Translations under genes and position numbers: made by a program | Shown here: piece by piece, positions 32,874-42,823 of the stretch | How positions within the stretch are numbered: position 1 is the first letter of the stretch | Layout: every line of letters starts with the position of its first letter | Assembly (NCBI GenBank): GCA_000146045.2 | Contig: BK006948.2 | Span: 512,001-576,000, forward strand | DNA length: 64,000 nt | Source of the DNA: TPA_inf: Saccharomyces | Taxonomy: Eukaryota | Reading direction: 5' to 3' | The notes under the pieces: generated by a model | Told to the model about the DNA's origin: nothing | The model's input: only the letters and a program-made list of their open reading frames with translations | The model's database searches: none

Positions 32874-33028
32874 AATGAATTAATGTATATTTTACTGAAA
32901 AGGACCCCATTAATGAACTCTTGGGTAAAAAGGGCACATCAGGAGTTTGTCTAAAACGTTTATACGAGTGACTTATTTGTGCATTATAGAGGTGAGAACA
33001 AATTGGAAAGTTTTGATTTTAGTTTAAG

Positions 33029-34333
33029 ATGGCCACCTTGGAAGAATTGGATGCTCAAACTTTACCAGGAGACGATGAATTAGATCAAGAGATTTTGAAT
33101 CTTTCGACGCAGGAGCTTCAAACAAGAGCCAAGCTCTTGGACAATGAAATTCGTATTTTTAGATCTGAATTGCAAAGACTGTCCCATGAAAACAACGTTA
33201 TGCTCGAGAAGATTAAGGACAATAAGGAAAAAATCAAGAATAATAGACAGTTACCGTACCTTGTGGCTAACGTTGTCGAGGTCATGGATATGAATGAGAT
33301 TGAAGACAAAGAAAATAGTGAATCTACTACACAAGGTGGTAATGTCAACTTAGATAACACCGCTGTTGGCAAAGCTGCTGTAGTCAAGACTTCTTCTAGA
33401 CAGACTGTTTTCTTGCCCATGGTCGGTTTAGTAGATCCTGATAAACTTAAGCCAAATGACCTGGTAGGTGTGAATAAAGACTCGTATTTGATTTTGGATA
33501 CTTTACCCTCTGAATTTGATTCTCGTGTAAAAGCTATGGAGGTAGATGAAAAACCCACAGAAACTTACTCGGACGTGGGTGGGTTGGATAAACAGATTGA
33601 AGAGCTGGTGGAGGCCATTGTGTTACCTATGAAACGTGCAGATAAATTCAAAGATATGGGAATTAGAGCGCCCAAGGGTGCCCTAATGTACGGGCCTCCG
33701 GGTACAGGTAAAACTTTATTAGCTCGTGCTTGCGCGGCTCAGACGAATGCTACTTTTTTGAAGCTGGCAGCACCTCAATTGGTACAAATGTATATCGGTG
33801 AAGGTGCTAAACTAGTCCGCGATGCTTTTGCACTGGCCAAGGAAAAGGCACCAACTATTATTTTCATTGACGAATTGGATGCCATTGGTACTAAGAGATT
33901 TGATTCTGAAAAATCCGGTGATAGGGAAGTGCAAAGAACCATGCTGGAATTATTGAATCAATTGGATGGCTTTAGCTCCGATGATCGTGTCAAAGTCTTG
34001 GCGGCTACCAATAGAGTTGATGTTTTAGATCCTGCTTTGTTAAGATCAGGAAGATTGGATAGAAAAATTGAATTCCCACTCCCATCCGAAGACTCGAGAG
34101 CTCAAATTTTACAAATTCATTCAAGAAAAATGACCACTGATGATGATATTAACTGGCAAGAACTTGCCAGGTCTACTGATGAGTTTAATGGTGCCCAGTT
34201 AAAGGCGGTAACTGTGGAGGCAGGTATGATTGCCTTAAGGAATGGGCAATCTTCCGTTAAACACGAAGATTTCGTTGAGGGTATAAGTGAAGTTCAAGCA
34301 AGAAAATCGAAATCGGTATCCTTTTATGCATAA
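33029..34333 (+). CDS. RPT5: 26S proteasome regulatory-particle AAA-ATPase, 434 aa.
   Basis: N-terminal coiled coil, Walker A (GPPGTGKT), Walker B (IIFIDELD), and second region of homology. Length and synteny match YOR117W. Confidence 0.95.
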
Positions 34334-34856
34334 AAATAATAATATTTTGATTTATCAAGCCGCCATTCACATATCTACATATTAGAACAATCCTTTTATT
34401 TAAAGTCGCGTAACTTCCTTATTATTGATACTGTATATGGCTAATTGTATACTACTTATTATTTGATGAAACCGAAAGCGTAGCAACAGGTATATATTCA
34501 TTGGCGTTTGACTTTTTTTTTTACTGTATTTTTCTTTTTCGTTGGCACTTTCGCAATTTTCAAGGATGCATTGAAGGAAAGAGAAAAGCGTAGGAGAACA
34601 AGACGCATCGACGGCTACGGGTGCTTTGAGTATTTAACTTGCAGAGCTCCATATACAGCACACATCTGTAGATGATTTAGTGACATATTAATAGGCTGCA
34701 GAAAGGGAGTAAAACAGGTAGAAGTAAGATATCGGCACCATTCTACTTTTCATATAACGATTGATTAATCTTACCAAAGCATTAAATTTAAACAGGCTTG
34801 CAGACTGAAGGAGTACTACTAAAGCAACCGGACCAGGTAATATTTGTTGTAGTATT

Positions 34857-36560
34857 ATGGGACAGTCTTCTTCAATCAGTTCCAGTAACGAAGAGGGTTC
34901 TTCCCACTCAAAAAAATTCACAAATAGCAAAGATATTTTGGCATATTTCAATAACAAAGCACAGCAACAGGTCACTATTCCAGAATTAGTCAGTTTTAAG
35001 GGAAATTTGCAAATTGAAGATCTAAACACTCCAATTTCTCACAAAGCTTTATGCAACTCACTTTATTTTCCGCAGAATCATGCCATGATTGTTGGGATAG
35101 TGACTAACATGTTGAGGGTTTTGAGCAACTTCCCATTAATGAAATCATCTTACGAACCAATTACGGGATATGGGTTATTAAAATGCATTTTGTTGTTAAA
35201 CAGGGCACGATGTGCCAAATTCTTGAAAACCAAGTCCTATGATCAACTAAAACTGCTGTTTATCTCTTTATCACTTCAGAAAACTGACAAAGAAGAACTC
35301 TCCGAAGAAAGTGAAAACGACGGAAACAAGGAGTTGACTATAAAACAAATAATAACTGGGTTTGATGATGTTGATACAGAAATGCTGTGCATTCCTGCTG
35401 ATTTTATGCTTCAGTTTTTAACTTGGCTTTTAATTTTAACAGTTGATTGTCCAACCACCAATTCTAAATTGGATAATACAGAGACTCATGATCAATGGGG
35501 CAATTTCAAAGTCTCAGCACTCAATCTCCTTAGAACTATGAATCCAGACGTGGTGGGCGATATAGAATCACATTCCATAACGTTTCAACAATTTTCAACT
35601 GCAATAAGAACTGTAATGCCCAATCTATTAAAACCATTAGAGAATTTAATGGAGCATTTTTTTTATTTGCAGCACGATTTAGTTGATCATGACACAAACT
35701 TATCGTCTATTCAGGATTCTAAAGTTATGACTCCAGCACTGTTGGCACAGTTATCGACGGGACTACCAAAGGAATTATTTATTCATAAGCTACAAAGTTT
35801 ATACATCGGCAGGAAAAGTGGCTTCTCAATGAGGTCTTTGCAAGCAAAGGTGTTCAAATGGATGGCGCCTTCGATTTTAGTTGTTAGCGGAATGAGGATA
35901 ACAAATTCTGAAGAATACGCAGCTGAGAAGAATCCAAGATACCGCCATTTTCTTGAAGAATTTCCTAAATTGAAAGAGTCAGATCAAATGATGGATGCAT
36001 CGCATTTGAATAAAAGGAAAACTACTTTCGCTGTGTACATAGACGATCCGTGGAAAGTAACAAATAAAGATTATTTTGGCGATCTGAATACGAGAATAAT
36101 AGAAATATCACCCAGGCAGGATATTTATAAAGTCAACCAAAAAGGCACGATCTATTTCAATACAATTGGTGGCGGAATTGGAATCGGGGATAAACAACCA
36201 TTAATAAAACCAGCATCCAAGAGATACATACCAGGGAACGTGTCGCTTACTTTTGACAGCACATTAGAATTTGCTGTGTTTAGAAATACTGGTTACGGAG
36301 GTTCATTAGACCCTGGTTTATTGTCGATGGAAAGAAAGGAGGAAAATTCCCCTTATGAATTGCATTTTTTGATTCAAGATGTTGAGGTATGGGGCTGTGG
36401 TGGTGAGAAAGAACTAGAAGAGCAAATCAAACAGTTGGAATGGGAAGAAGCAGAATCTAAAAGAAGACAGCAAATTAACCTGAGAAGCTTGGGAGAAGAC
36501 CGTGCCTTACTGGAAATGGCAGGTTTAGTTGGCCAACATCAAGGTGGCGGTTCAATGTGA
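34857..36560 (+). CDS. RTC5: TLDc-domain protein (restriction of telomere capping 5), 567 aa.
   Basis: N-terminal myristoylation-type MGQSSS start. A C-terminal TLDc-like region. Length and synteny match YOR118W. Confidence 0.7.
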   Translation: MGQSSSISSSNEEGSSHSKKFTNSKDILAYFNNKAQQQVTIPELVSFKGNLQIEDLNTPISHKALCNSLYFPQNHAMIVGIVTNMLRVLSNFPLMKSSYEPITGYGLLKCILLLNRARCAKFLKTKSYDQLKLLFISLSLQKTDKEELSEESENDGNKELTIKQIITGFDDVDTEMLCIPADFMLQFLTWLLILTVDCPTTNSKLDNTETHDQWGNFKVSALNLLRTMNPDVVGDIESHSITFQQFSTAIRTVMPNLLKPLENLMEHFFYLQHDLVDHDTNLSSIQDSKVMTPALLAQLSTGLPKELFIHKLQSLYIGRKSGFSMRSLQAKVFKWMAPSILVVSGMRITNSEEYAAEKNPRYRHFLEEFPKLKESDQMMDASHLNKRKTTFAVYIDDPWKVTNKDYFGDLNTRIIEISPRQDIYKVNQKGTIYFNTIGGGIGIGDKQPLIKPASKRYIPGNVSLTFDSTLEFAVFRNTGYGGSLDPGLLSMERKEENSPYELHFLIQDVEVWGCGGEKELEEQIKQLEWEEAESKRRQQINLRSLGEDRALLEMAGLVGQHQGGGSM

Positions 36561-36791
36561 TGCCTGCCTTTTTTGCTGTTTTTAGTTATTGGGATTGATT
36601 TCACTAAAAATCAAGACCACTAAATAAGGCTATTGTTTATTTTAATATTTATTGCACTTGTATGAAAAGTACCAAACTTTTGATACTGATATTACACTTT
36701 TAGTCTTGAACTTTCTTCGTTAAATTGCTGACCTACTTTCTGTTCTTCGACTCCAAACAACGATTCCCAAATGTATTTTCACAGGGCCGCA

Positions 36792-38246
36792 TTATTTCTT
36801 TGATTTCGTTTTTTTCACCAATTTTTTCTTGATGTGCTTCTTGACTTTTGTTTTCCTTTTTTCTCTTTTTGCATCTTTAGCTTCCTGCTTGCGCAATTTT
36901 TTTAAATCCTTGTCCTCATGTTTCTTCCCCTTTAAAACTTTTGGTTCATCATCGTCATAGTACTCGCCCTCCTCCTCGTCATCTTCTTCAGATCCGCTTG
37001 AGCCGTCTTCTTCATCATCTGAGAATTCCTCTGTGCCAGAACTACATTCGTGGTCAGCGTTATCAAATTCAAATTGCTCAGAAGCAGCAAAATTGCGTTC
37101 ATTATCATGGGCAATCAAGCTTTTCAGTAAGTCAAACTTACCATCAGTATACCTATCAAAATCTCTTTCCTCTAATCCACCCAATGATCTAACTAAATGC
37201 AGCGATCTGAATATTTCATCTTCTGCCTCATCTTGTTCTGTAGATTTTATTGGTAGATTACTAGCAATGTATGCAACCAAGGCGCTAATATTGTTATAAT
37301 CACCTTTAAATTTCTCCAAAGTTTCTGATATGACAAATTGAAAAATAACCCTTTCAGGGAAAATACTTATACCCATCTTCTCGAAATAAAGGTTAACGTT
37401 TTTGATATCCATCCTTAAAAAATCTAAACTCATTGGATGTTCAGGTTCCACACTTTGGGAAACATCGATCATATATAGTTTATCATCATGAACTATGGTG
37501 TTATACTCTGACAAATCGGCATGAACCAGGCGACAAACTTGGTACAGCAATCTCATATATGCCACCATTGTGTGATAATAATGGAAAATTTCATCACGAT
37601 TCTTGTACGGATAATCTTTTAATTTAGGTGAGGCAAATCCATTACCTCGGCTTAAAAATTCCATAACTAAGACGTTGTTCTTAACTTCTATTGGCTTAGG
37701 AGCTGGAATGACGCCACTTTGATAAATTCTTTTCAGGTTCCTAAATTCCTTTTCAGCCCAAATTTTAATCATTTTCCTTGGATTATGTTGAGATCTGGAA
37801 TTTCTAAATCTAAATTCACCATCAACATATCTTTCACGATCTTTGAAGACTAGGATAGAGGTCTTATAAATCTTAATGGCATATTCTGCACGGGATCCGT
37901 CTGTCTCTAAAACTTCATACTGGCCTGTTTCCTCATCTATTACGGGTGCCTTACCGGTACCTGCAAAAGCGTGGTAAACATTAGCTTCTTTCCCAGTACT
38001 TAAGCAACCGTTCAAATCTGCAATCACACCTCTGGTGACCATAGACTTCAAAAATCTCATAGTTCTCGGATCTAAGACATTTTCCACAGTCGCCCTATTT
38101 GCTTTATCCTTTGATGTTTTCGCTCTGCTGAATGATAATTCATCAGTTTTTATTTTGTGACTATACTTCTCTAAGAGCTGATTATTAATATGGTCCGAGG
38201 CACCTTGCGACACAGACAATGAATCAAATTTATCTTCCAAGGACAT
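36792..38246 (-). CDS. RIO1: RIO-family atypical Ser kinase for 40S maturation, 484 aa.
   Basis: RIO kinase core (catalytic HADLSEYN loop, metal-binding IDVSQSVE) with a long acidic-then-lysine-rich C-terminal tail. Confidence 0.9.
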   Translation of the reverse strand: MSLEDKFDSLSVSQGASDHINNQLLEKYSHKIKTDELSFSRAKTSKDKANRATVENVLDPRTMRFLKSMVTRGVIADLNGCLSTGKEANVYHAFAGTGKAPVIDEETGQYEVLETDGSRAEYAIKIYKTSILVFKDRERYVDGEFRFRNSRSQHNPRKMIKIWAEKEFRNLKRIYQSGVIPAPKPIEVKNNVLVMEFLSRGNGFASPKLKDYPYKNRDEIFHYYHTMVAYMRLLYQVCRLVHADLSEYNTIVHDDKLYMIDVSQSVEPEHPMSLDFLRMDIKNVNLYFEKMGISIFPERVIFQFVISETLEKFKGDYNNISALVAYIASNLPIKSTEQDEAEDEIFRSLHLVRSLGGLEERDFDRYTDGKFDLLKSLIAHDNERNFAASEQFEFDNADHECSSGTEEFSDDEEDGSSGSEEDDEEEGEYYDDDEPKVLKGKKHEDKDLKKLRKQEAKDAKREKRKTKVKKHIKKKLVKKTKSKK

Positions 38247-38828
38247 GACCTTCTAAAAATAACGGAGTTTGAATCTCTAAATCTGTTTTAACTTCTTTTT
38301 ACTATTATTTTTAGTCTTAGTATCTCATCTCATCTCAATTTCTATATTCCACTATAAAATTTTTCACTCTTTCTGCGCGCGCCAATGTCCCCGCAACTAC
38401 TCAATAGGTAACATGAGAATATTTCAGTTCGTAAGAGAGAAGAGATGAAGTTATTTGGGCTCTTTGCTCGAGGTTACAGAAGGGCCGCATTAGAGTGAAT
38501 GAGCTGATGATATTTCGCCCAGTTCTACATTTTTTTTTTTTTGGAAGTATGACCTCTGTTAAATTTTTTTTTTTTTAAATTTCACTTTCTAAAGTCCCAG
38601 AAATCCGCTTGAATGTCTTACATATTGCAATGGATATGCTTGGGTGATCATACTTCCTGGCTTTAGATATTTGAAACTTAACTCTTGTCAACAAACTTCC
38701 TATGGAGTGTATAAGAATTGTAAGTTATAACACCGGCGAACAATCGGGGCAGACTATTCCGGGGAAGAACAAGGAAGGGCGGTCTTTTCTCCCTCATTGT
38801 CATAGCAAGGTCATTTCGCCTTCTCAGA

Positions 38829-38833
38829 AAGGG
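38829..38833 (+). promoter_or_regulatory. Candidate STRE (AGGGG) in the GCY1 upstream region.
   Basis: An AGGGG pentamer about 285 bp upstream of the GCY1 ATG. GCY1 is a known stress-induced aldo-keto reductase gene. A single short motif is weak evidence on its own. Confidence 0.3.
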
Positions 38834-39113
38834 GTAGAATCAATCTAGCACGCAGATTGCAAACACGGCTTAATAATATGCCTATCAGGCATTCACCCGT
38901 GTGACGAATCGCACACCGCTGCTCTCCTTAATTCCCTAGAGTAGAAACCGAGCTTTCAGGAAAAGACTACGGCAGTAAAGAATTGCTTTACTGGGCGTAT
39001 AAAACCGGGAGAATCAAGACATTCTAATGACTTGATTCAGGATGAGAGCTTAATAGGTGCATCTTAGCAAGCTAAAATTTGGACAGCTCTCATTACTAAA
39101 TTAAGATAGAAAA

Positions 39114-40052
39114 ATGCCTGCTACTTTACATGATTCTACGAAAATCCTTTCTCTAAATACTGGAGCCCAAATCCCTCAAATAGGTTTAGGTACGTGGCAG
39201 TCGAAAGAGAACGATGCTTATAAGGCTGTTTTAACCGCTTTGAAAGATGGCTACCGACACATTGATACTGCTGCTATTTACCGTAATGAAGACCAAGTCG
39301 GTCAAGCCATCAAGGATTCAGGTGTTCCTCGGGAAGAAATCTTTGTTACTACAAAGTTATGGTGTACACAACACCACGAACCTGAAGTAGCGCTGGATCA
39401 ATCACTAAAGAGGTTAGGATTGGACTACGTAGACTTATATTTGATGCATTGGCCTGCCAGATTAGATCCAGCCTACATCAAAAATGAAGACATCTTGAGT
39501 GTGCCAACAAAGAAGGATGGTTCTCGTGCAGTGGATATCACCAATTGGAATTTCATCAAAACCTGGGAATTAATGCAGGAACTACCAAAGACTGGTAAAA
39601 CTAAGGCCGTTGGAGTCTCCAACTTTTCTATAAATAACCTGAAAGATCTATTAGCATCTCAAGGTAATAAGCTTACGCCAGCTGCTAACCAAGTCGAAAT
39701 ACATCCATTACTACCTCAAGACGAATTGATTAATTTTTGTAAAAGTAAAGGCATTGTGGTTGAAGCTTATTCTCCGTTAGGTAGTACCGATGCTCCACTA
39801 TTGAAGGAACCGGTTATCCTTGAAATTGCGAAGAAAAATAACGTTCAACCCGGACACGTTGTTATTAGCTGGCACGTCCAAAGAGGTTATGTTGTCTTGC
39901 CAAAATCTGTGAATCCCGATCGAATCAAAACGAACAGGAAAATATTTACTTTGTCTACTGAGGACTTTGAAGCTATCAATAACATATCGAAGGAAAAGGG
40001 CGAAAAAAGGGTTGTACATCCAAATTGGTCTCCTTTCGAAGTATTCAAGTAA
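39114..40052 (+). CDS. GCY1: NADPH-dependent aldo-keto reductase (glycerol dehydrogenase), 312 aa.
   Basis: Aldo-keto reductase signatures (GYRHIDTA, catalytic Tyr/Lys/His tetrad context, IPKS-type C-terminal motif LPKSVNPDRI). At 312 aa with chromosome XV synteny it is GCY1 rather than its paralog YPR1. Confidence 0.85.
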   Translation: MPATLHDSTKILSLNTGAQIPQIGLGTWQSKENDAYKAVLTALKDGYRHIDTAAIYRNEDQVGQAIKDSGVPREEIFVTTKLWCTQHHEPEVALDQSLKRLGLDYVDLYLMHWPARLDPAYIKNEDILSVPTKKDGSRAVDITNWNFIKTWELMQELPKTGKTKAVGVSNFSINNLKDLLASQGNKLTPAANQVEIHPLLPQDELINFCKSKGIVVEAYSPLGSTDAPLLKEPVILEIAKKNNVQPGHVVISWHVQRGYVVLPKSVNPDRIKTNRKIFTLSTEDFEAINNISKEKGEKRVVHPNWSPFEVFK

Positions 40053-40297
40053 TTGTTTTTGCGTGTTTCTCGTATGATTGTAATATGTAGATAAATTAAA
40101 CATAAGTATATCAAATGTCGATATTCTTAAGACTGTTTCGTAAATATGTTAAATACCGGATGTGACTACATATAAAAAGTGCGCCTTTTACAGTGATAAT
40201 TAGCGTCAATCAATAAAATATTTGTAAAATAGGAAGCGAAATCCCGCAGATGCCAGAATAGGTGGTGTATAAGGCAAGAAAACTTTACCTGCATAAA

Positions 40298-40665
40298 TTA
40301 GTATTGAACACCAATCAAGTAGTCAGCCAATTGCTCGACAATCTTGGTGGCCTCACCGGCTTGTACGGTTGGTGGATAATGAGCAATAATAACGGTTTGC
40401 TTAGTTCTTACACAAACAACACCCTCAGCATCATGTCTACCGTAGATACTTCTATCGTCAGCTCTCAACAACATGAACTTTTGGCCTTGAATATGCAAAC
40501 CATTGCTTTGCAAACCAGCTGGATTGTCGAAGCCTTGAACAATTTCACCAATTTCGTTTGGTTGCAAAGATAGGCCACCAGAAGTAGCCCAAACAGCGTC
40601 ACCTGCTCTCGAGTAGATGACAGCTTTGTCGACTTTACCGGTTCCTATTAAGTTATCAGTGTATG
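40298..40665 (-). CDS. PFY1: Profilin, exon 2 (codons 5-126 plus stop).
   Basis: Translation ...[45 protein letters not shown]...YLIGVQY is profilin. The exon begins right after a YAG (aacag) 3' splice site. Confidence 0.9.
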
Positions 40666-40874
40666 CTGTTTAAAAGTAGGAGAAAAAAACGGAAAGAAAT
40701 TCATGTTTGAAATTTCATATGTTTTTTGATATTCCAGTTAGTAATTTACTCTGAGTGGTTAATCTTCGAAATTACGCGCATCAACAAAAATCGGGCATTG
40801 CCAAACATTGTCACACAAGCTAACCTCCGACTCATTTCTTTCTTAATCAATTGATAATTGTCTCGTTCACATAC
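40666..40874 (-). other. PFY1: PFY1 spliceosomal intron (209 nt).
   Basis: On the minus strand: 5' splice site GTATGT (plus 40869..40874), branchpoint TACTAAC (plus 40737..40743), 3' splice site CAG ending at 40666. Splicing joins ATGTCTTGGCAAG to CATACACT..., giving MSWQAYTDN. Confidence 0.9.
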
Positions 40875-40887
40875 CTTGCCAAGACAT
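40875..40887 (-). CDS. PFY1: Profilin, exon 1 (13 nt: ATGTCTTGGCAAG, Met-Ser-Trp-Gln plus the first base of Ala).
   Basis: The reverse complement of 40875..40887 is ATGTCTTGGCAAG and is followed immediately by GTATGT. Joined to exon 2 it gives an in-frame 126-aa profilin. Confidence 0.85.
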
Positions 40888-41175
40888 AATTTGCGATCGT
40901 AGTTGGGTTTATGTTGTGTATGTAATTTATCTTTTCTCAAGGATCACACAGTTGTTTTAAGAAGGGAATGAGAAAGGGTCAACTGAGCTTTAAAAAGAAA
41001 AAAAATATTAATGCGGGTAATGAGTTTCGTACAAAGACATTTCATGGCGTGTTCTCGCCAAAAATCATGGTAAAACCTCCCACACAGTAACCTCATACTA
41101 AATACTACAACATGTCATCACTCCATTTCTTTGCGATTGTACATACTAATATATATAAACAAAGTAACGTCTCCT

Positions 41176-42570
41176 CTAATCCTCGTCTTCGTCGTCCTCG
41201 ATGACCGCAACCCTTCTTCTTTTTGTCTCGCTCCTATCTTTTTCTTCTTCTTCCTCTTCTCTGTACATTGCTGCTCCTTCTCTTTTTAAATTTCTTAGAC
41301 GAGAGGCGTTCTCTTCATCCGCGTCCTCTTCTTCTTCTTCTTCCTCATTATCATCCTCTTCGTCGTCAAACGCAGCCTCCTCTTCCTCATCGTCGTCGAC
41401 TAAAAAGTCATCTTCTTCATATTCATTTCTTCTCGAGGCTCCATAGGTAGTGGGTGAATTTTGCTTTCTAAATCCCGTCTCAAAAGCGGCATCTGGGGAT
41501 TCTTGTTTCTCCTTTTCTTTGAGCTGTCTTCTCCTTCTGTCTCTTAAAATCTGGCTTTGCTTTCTCTCTAACTCCTTCTTTTCCACTTCAGGATCCATAC
41601 TTACAATGTATGTTCCAGGACCCTTGCTTTGTCTTTGGTTCCTTCTTATAACAGCTTTACTTAGTTTTTGATGTATTTTTGAATTCGTCGAAGTTGGAAT
41701 AAACATCAACGTCTTTTTTATTTCACCCCCTTCGTAACACTGGATCAACTCTTGTTGGTCATGCGATACTGTCAAAAAAGTGTTGCTCGTATCGTTGACC
41801 AATATATCTGTACACTCTTCACCAACTTTTAGCGAATATGTACCGTCTGACCACTGCACTATTTGTGTATTTGATTCTTTAAAGACATGTTGGTCTTTGT
41901 CACGAGAGTATCTCCATCTAACAGTGTTTTCATCAATCAGGCGGTCGTCCAGTTGATCCTCCCTAGAAGCTGAATTGCTTGCCCTTTCGTTTACTTTGGC
42001 CTCAAAACTTGGAGGGTCGAAAGGAATTGGATCGATAGTTAAAAAGTTGGGAATTCTAGCATAGAAAATTTCGTTGTGAGACGCCGTTTCATTCACATTA
42101 GCTTTACTTGGAATAATATGTCTGACAAGCTCTACATTTTCCTCTTTAAAAGTGTGAGTAGTCTCATCTTGATCAGAAAAGTTATTAGCATCCTCACCAT
42201 AAAATTTTCGGGTGTACATGGCTTGCTCCTCTGCTTCATCATCATCTAACCCGAGACTTTCTCTATGACGACTTCTATGGTTGATATTCTCTCCCTCGTC
42301 GTCTTCATCACTATCACTATCACTTTTTTCAGTCTCCGATTTTTTAACATCATCATCATCATCGTCATCATTGTCATCTCCAAATAAATCATCTAGTTCT
42401 GCGTCTTCTTCTTGTTCCTCTTCTTTAGTATCATCATTTCCATTGACTTCCTTGACATTATCATCTTGAGAGCGGCTTGTTTCCTCATTGCTTGTACTAT
42501 TGGTGGTAACGCCGACGTTATTGCTGATTTGCTCCTTCTGTGGTTGATCCTGTGGGCTTTCAGATGACAT
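41176..42570 (-). CDS. LEO1: Paf1 complex subunit, 464 aa; highly acidic.
   Basis: Long D/E-rich tracts flank a central conserved Leo1 core. Length and synteny match YOR123C. Confidence 0.85.
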   Translation of the reverse strand: MSSESPQDQPQKEQISNNVGVTTNSTSNEETSRSQDDNVKEVNGNDDTKEEEQEEDAELDDLFGDDNDDDDDDDVKKSETEKSDSDSDEDDEGENINHRSRHRESLGLDDDEAEEQAMYTRKFYGEDANNFSDQDETTHTFKEENVELVRHIIPSKANVNETASHNEIFYARIPNFLTIDPIPFDPPSFEAKVNERASNSASREDQLDDRLIDENTVRWRYSRDKDQHVFKESNTQIVQWSDGTYSLKVGEECTDILVNDTSNTFLTVSHDQQELIQCYEGGEIKKTLMFIPTSTNSKIHQKLSKAVIRRNQRQSKGPGTYIVSMDPEVEKKELERKQSQILRDRRRRQLKEKEKQESPDAAFETGFRKQNSPTTYGASRRNEYEEDDFLVDDDEEEEAAFDDEEDDNEEEEEEEDADEENASRLRNLKREGAAMYREEEEEEKDRSETKRRRVAVIEDDEDED

Positions 42571-42823
42571 CTTAATTATAGTCCAGTATATCTAATTGGA
42601 TTACTTTGATTGGACGCACCTAGTTTACGCAACCTATCTACTTAACGACTTTCTTCAGCTTTCGTATTCACTTCTATGAGCTTGTTCTTTTTTTTTTTGT
42701 TTTTTCGTTTTTCTTTACGTAGCAGATAGTCACCCGTAACGATTGAATATGGCAAAGCTTTTTACATAATAATGGTACTTATGGCAATAGTGACATTTTA
42801 CATAAACTCTTCATTGACTAAGA

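Noticed and set aside
33118-33558. 146-aa antisense ORF within RPT5, and the similar 148-aa antisense ORF in RGA1 (51116..51562).
   Set aside because: Antisense to highly conserved coding sequence. Serine/leucine-rich compositions typical of the reverse frames of yeast genes.
39798-40114. Two minus-strand ORFs (101 and 75 aa) overlapping the GCY1 3' end (YOR121C-like).
   Set aside because: Antisense to the GCY1 AKR domain, whose frame is clearly the conserved one. No start context or domain.
40746-40940. 64-aa minus-strand ORF between the PFY1 exons.
   Set aside because: Lies within the PFY1 intron and 5' flank. The true PFY1 start is the 13-nt exon at 40875..40887 in a different frame.
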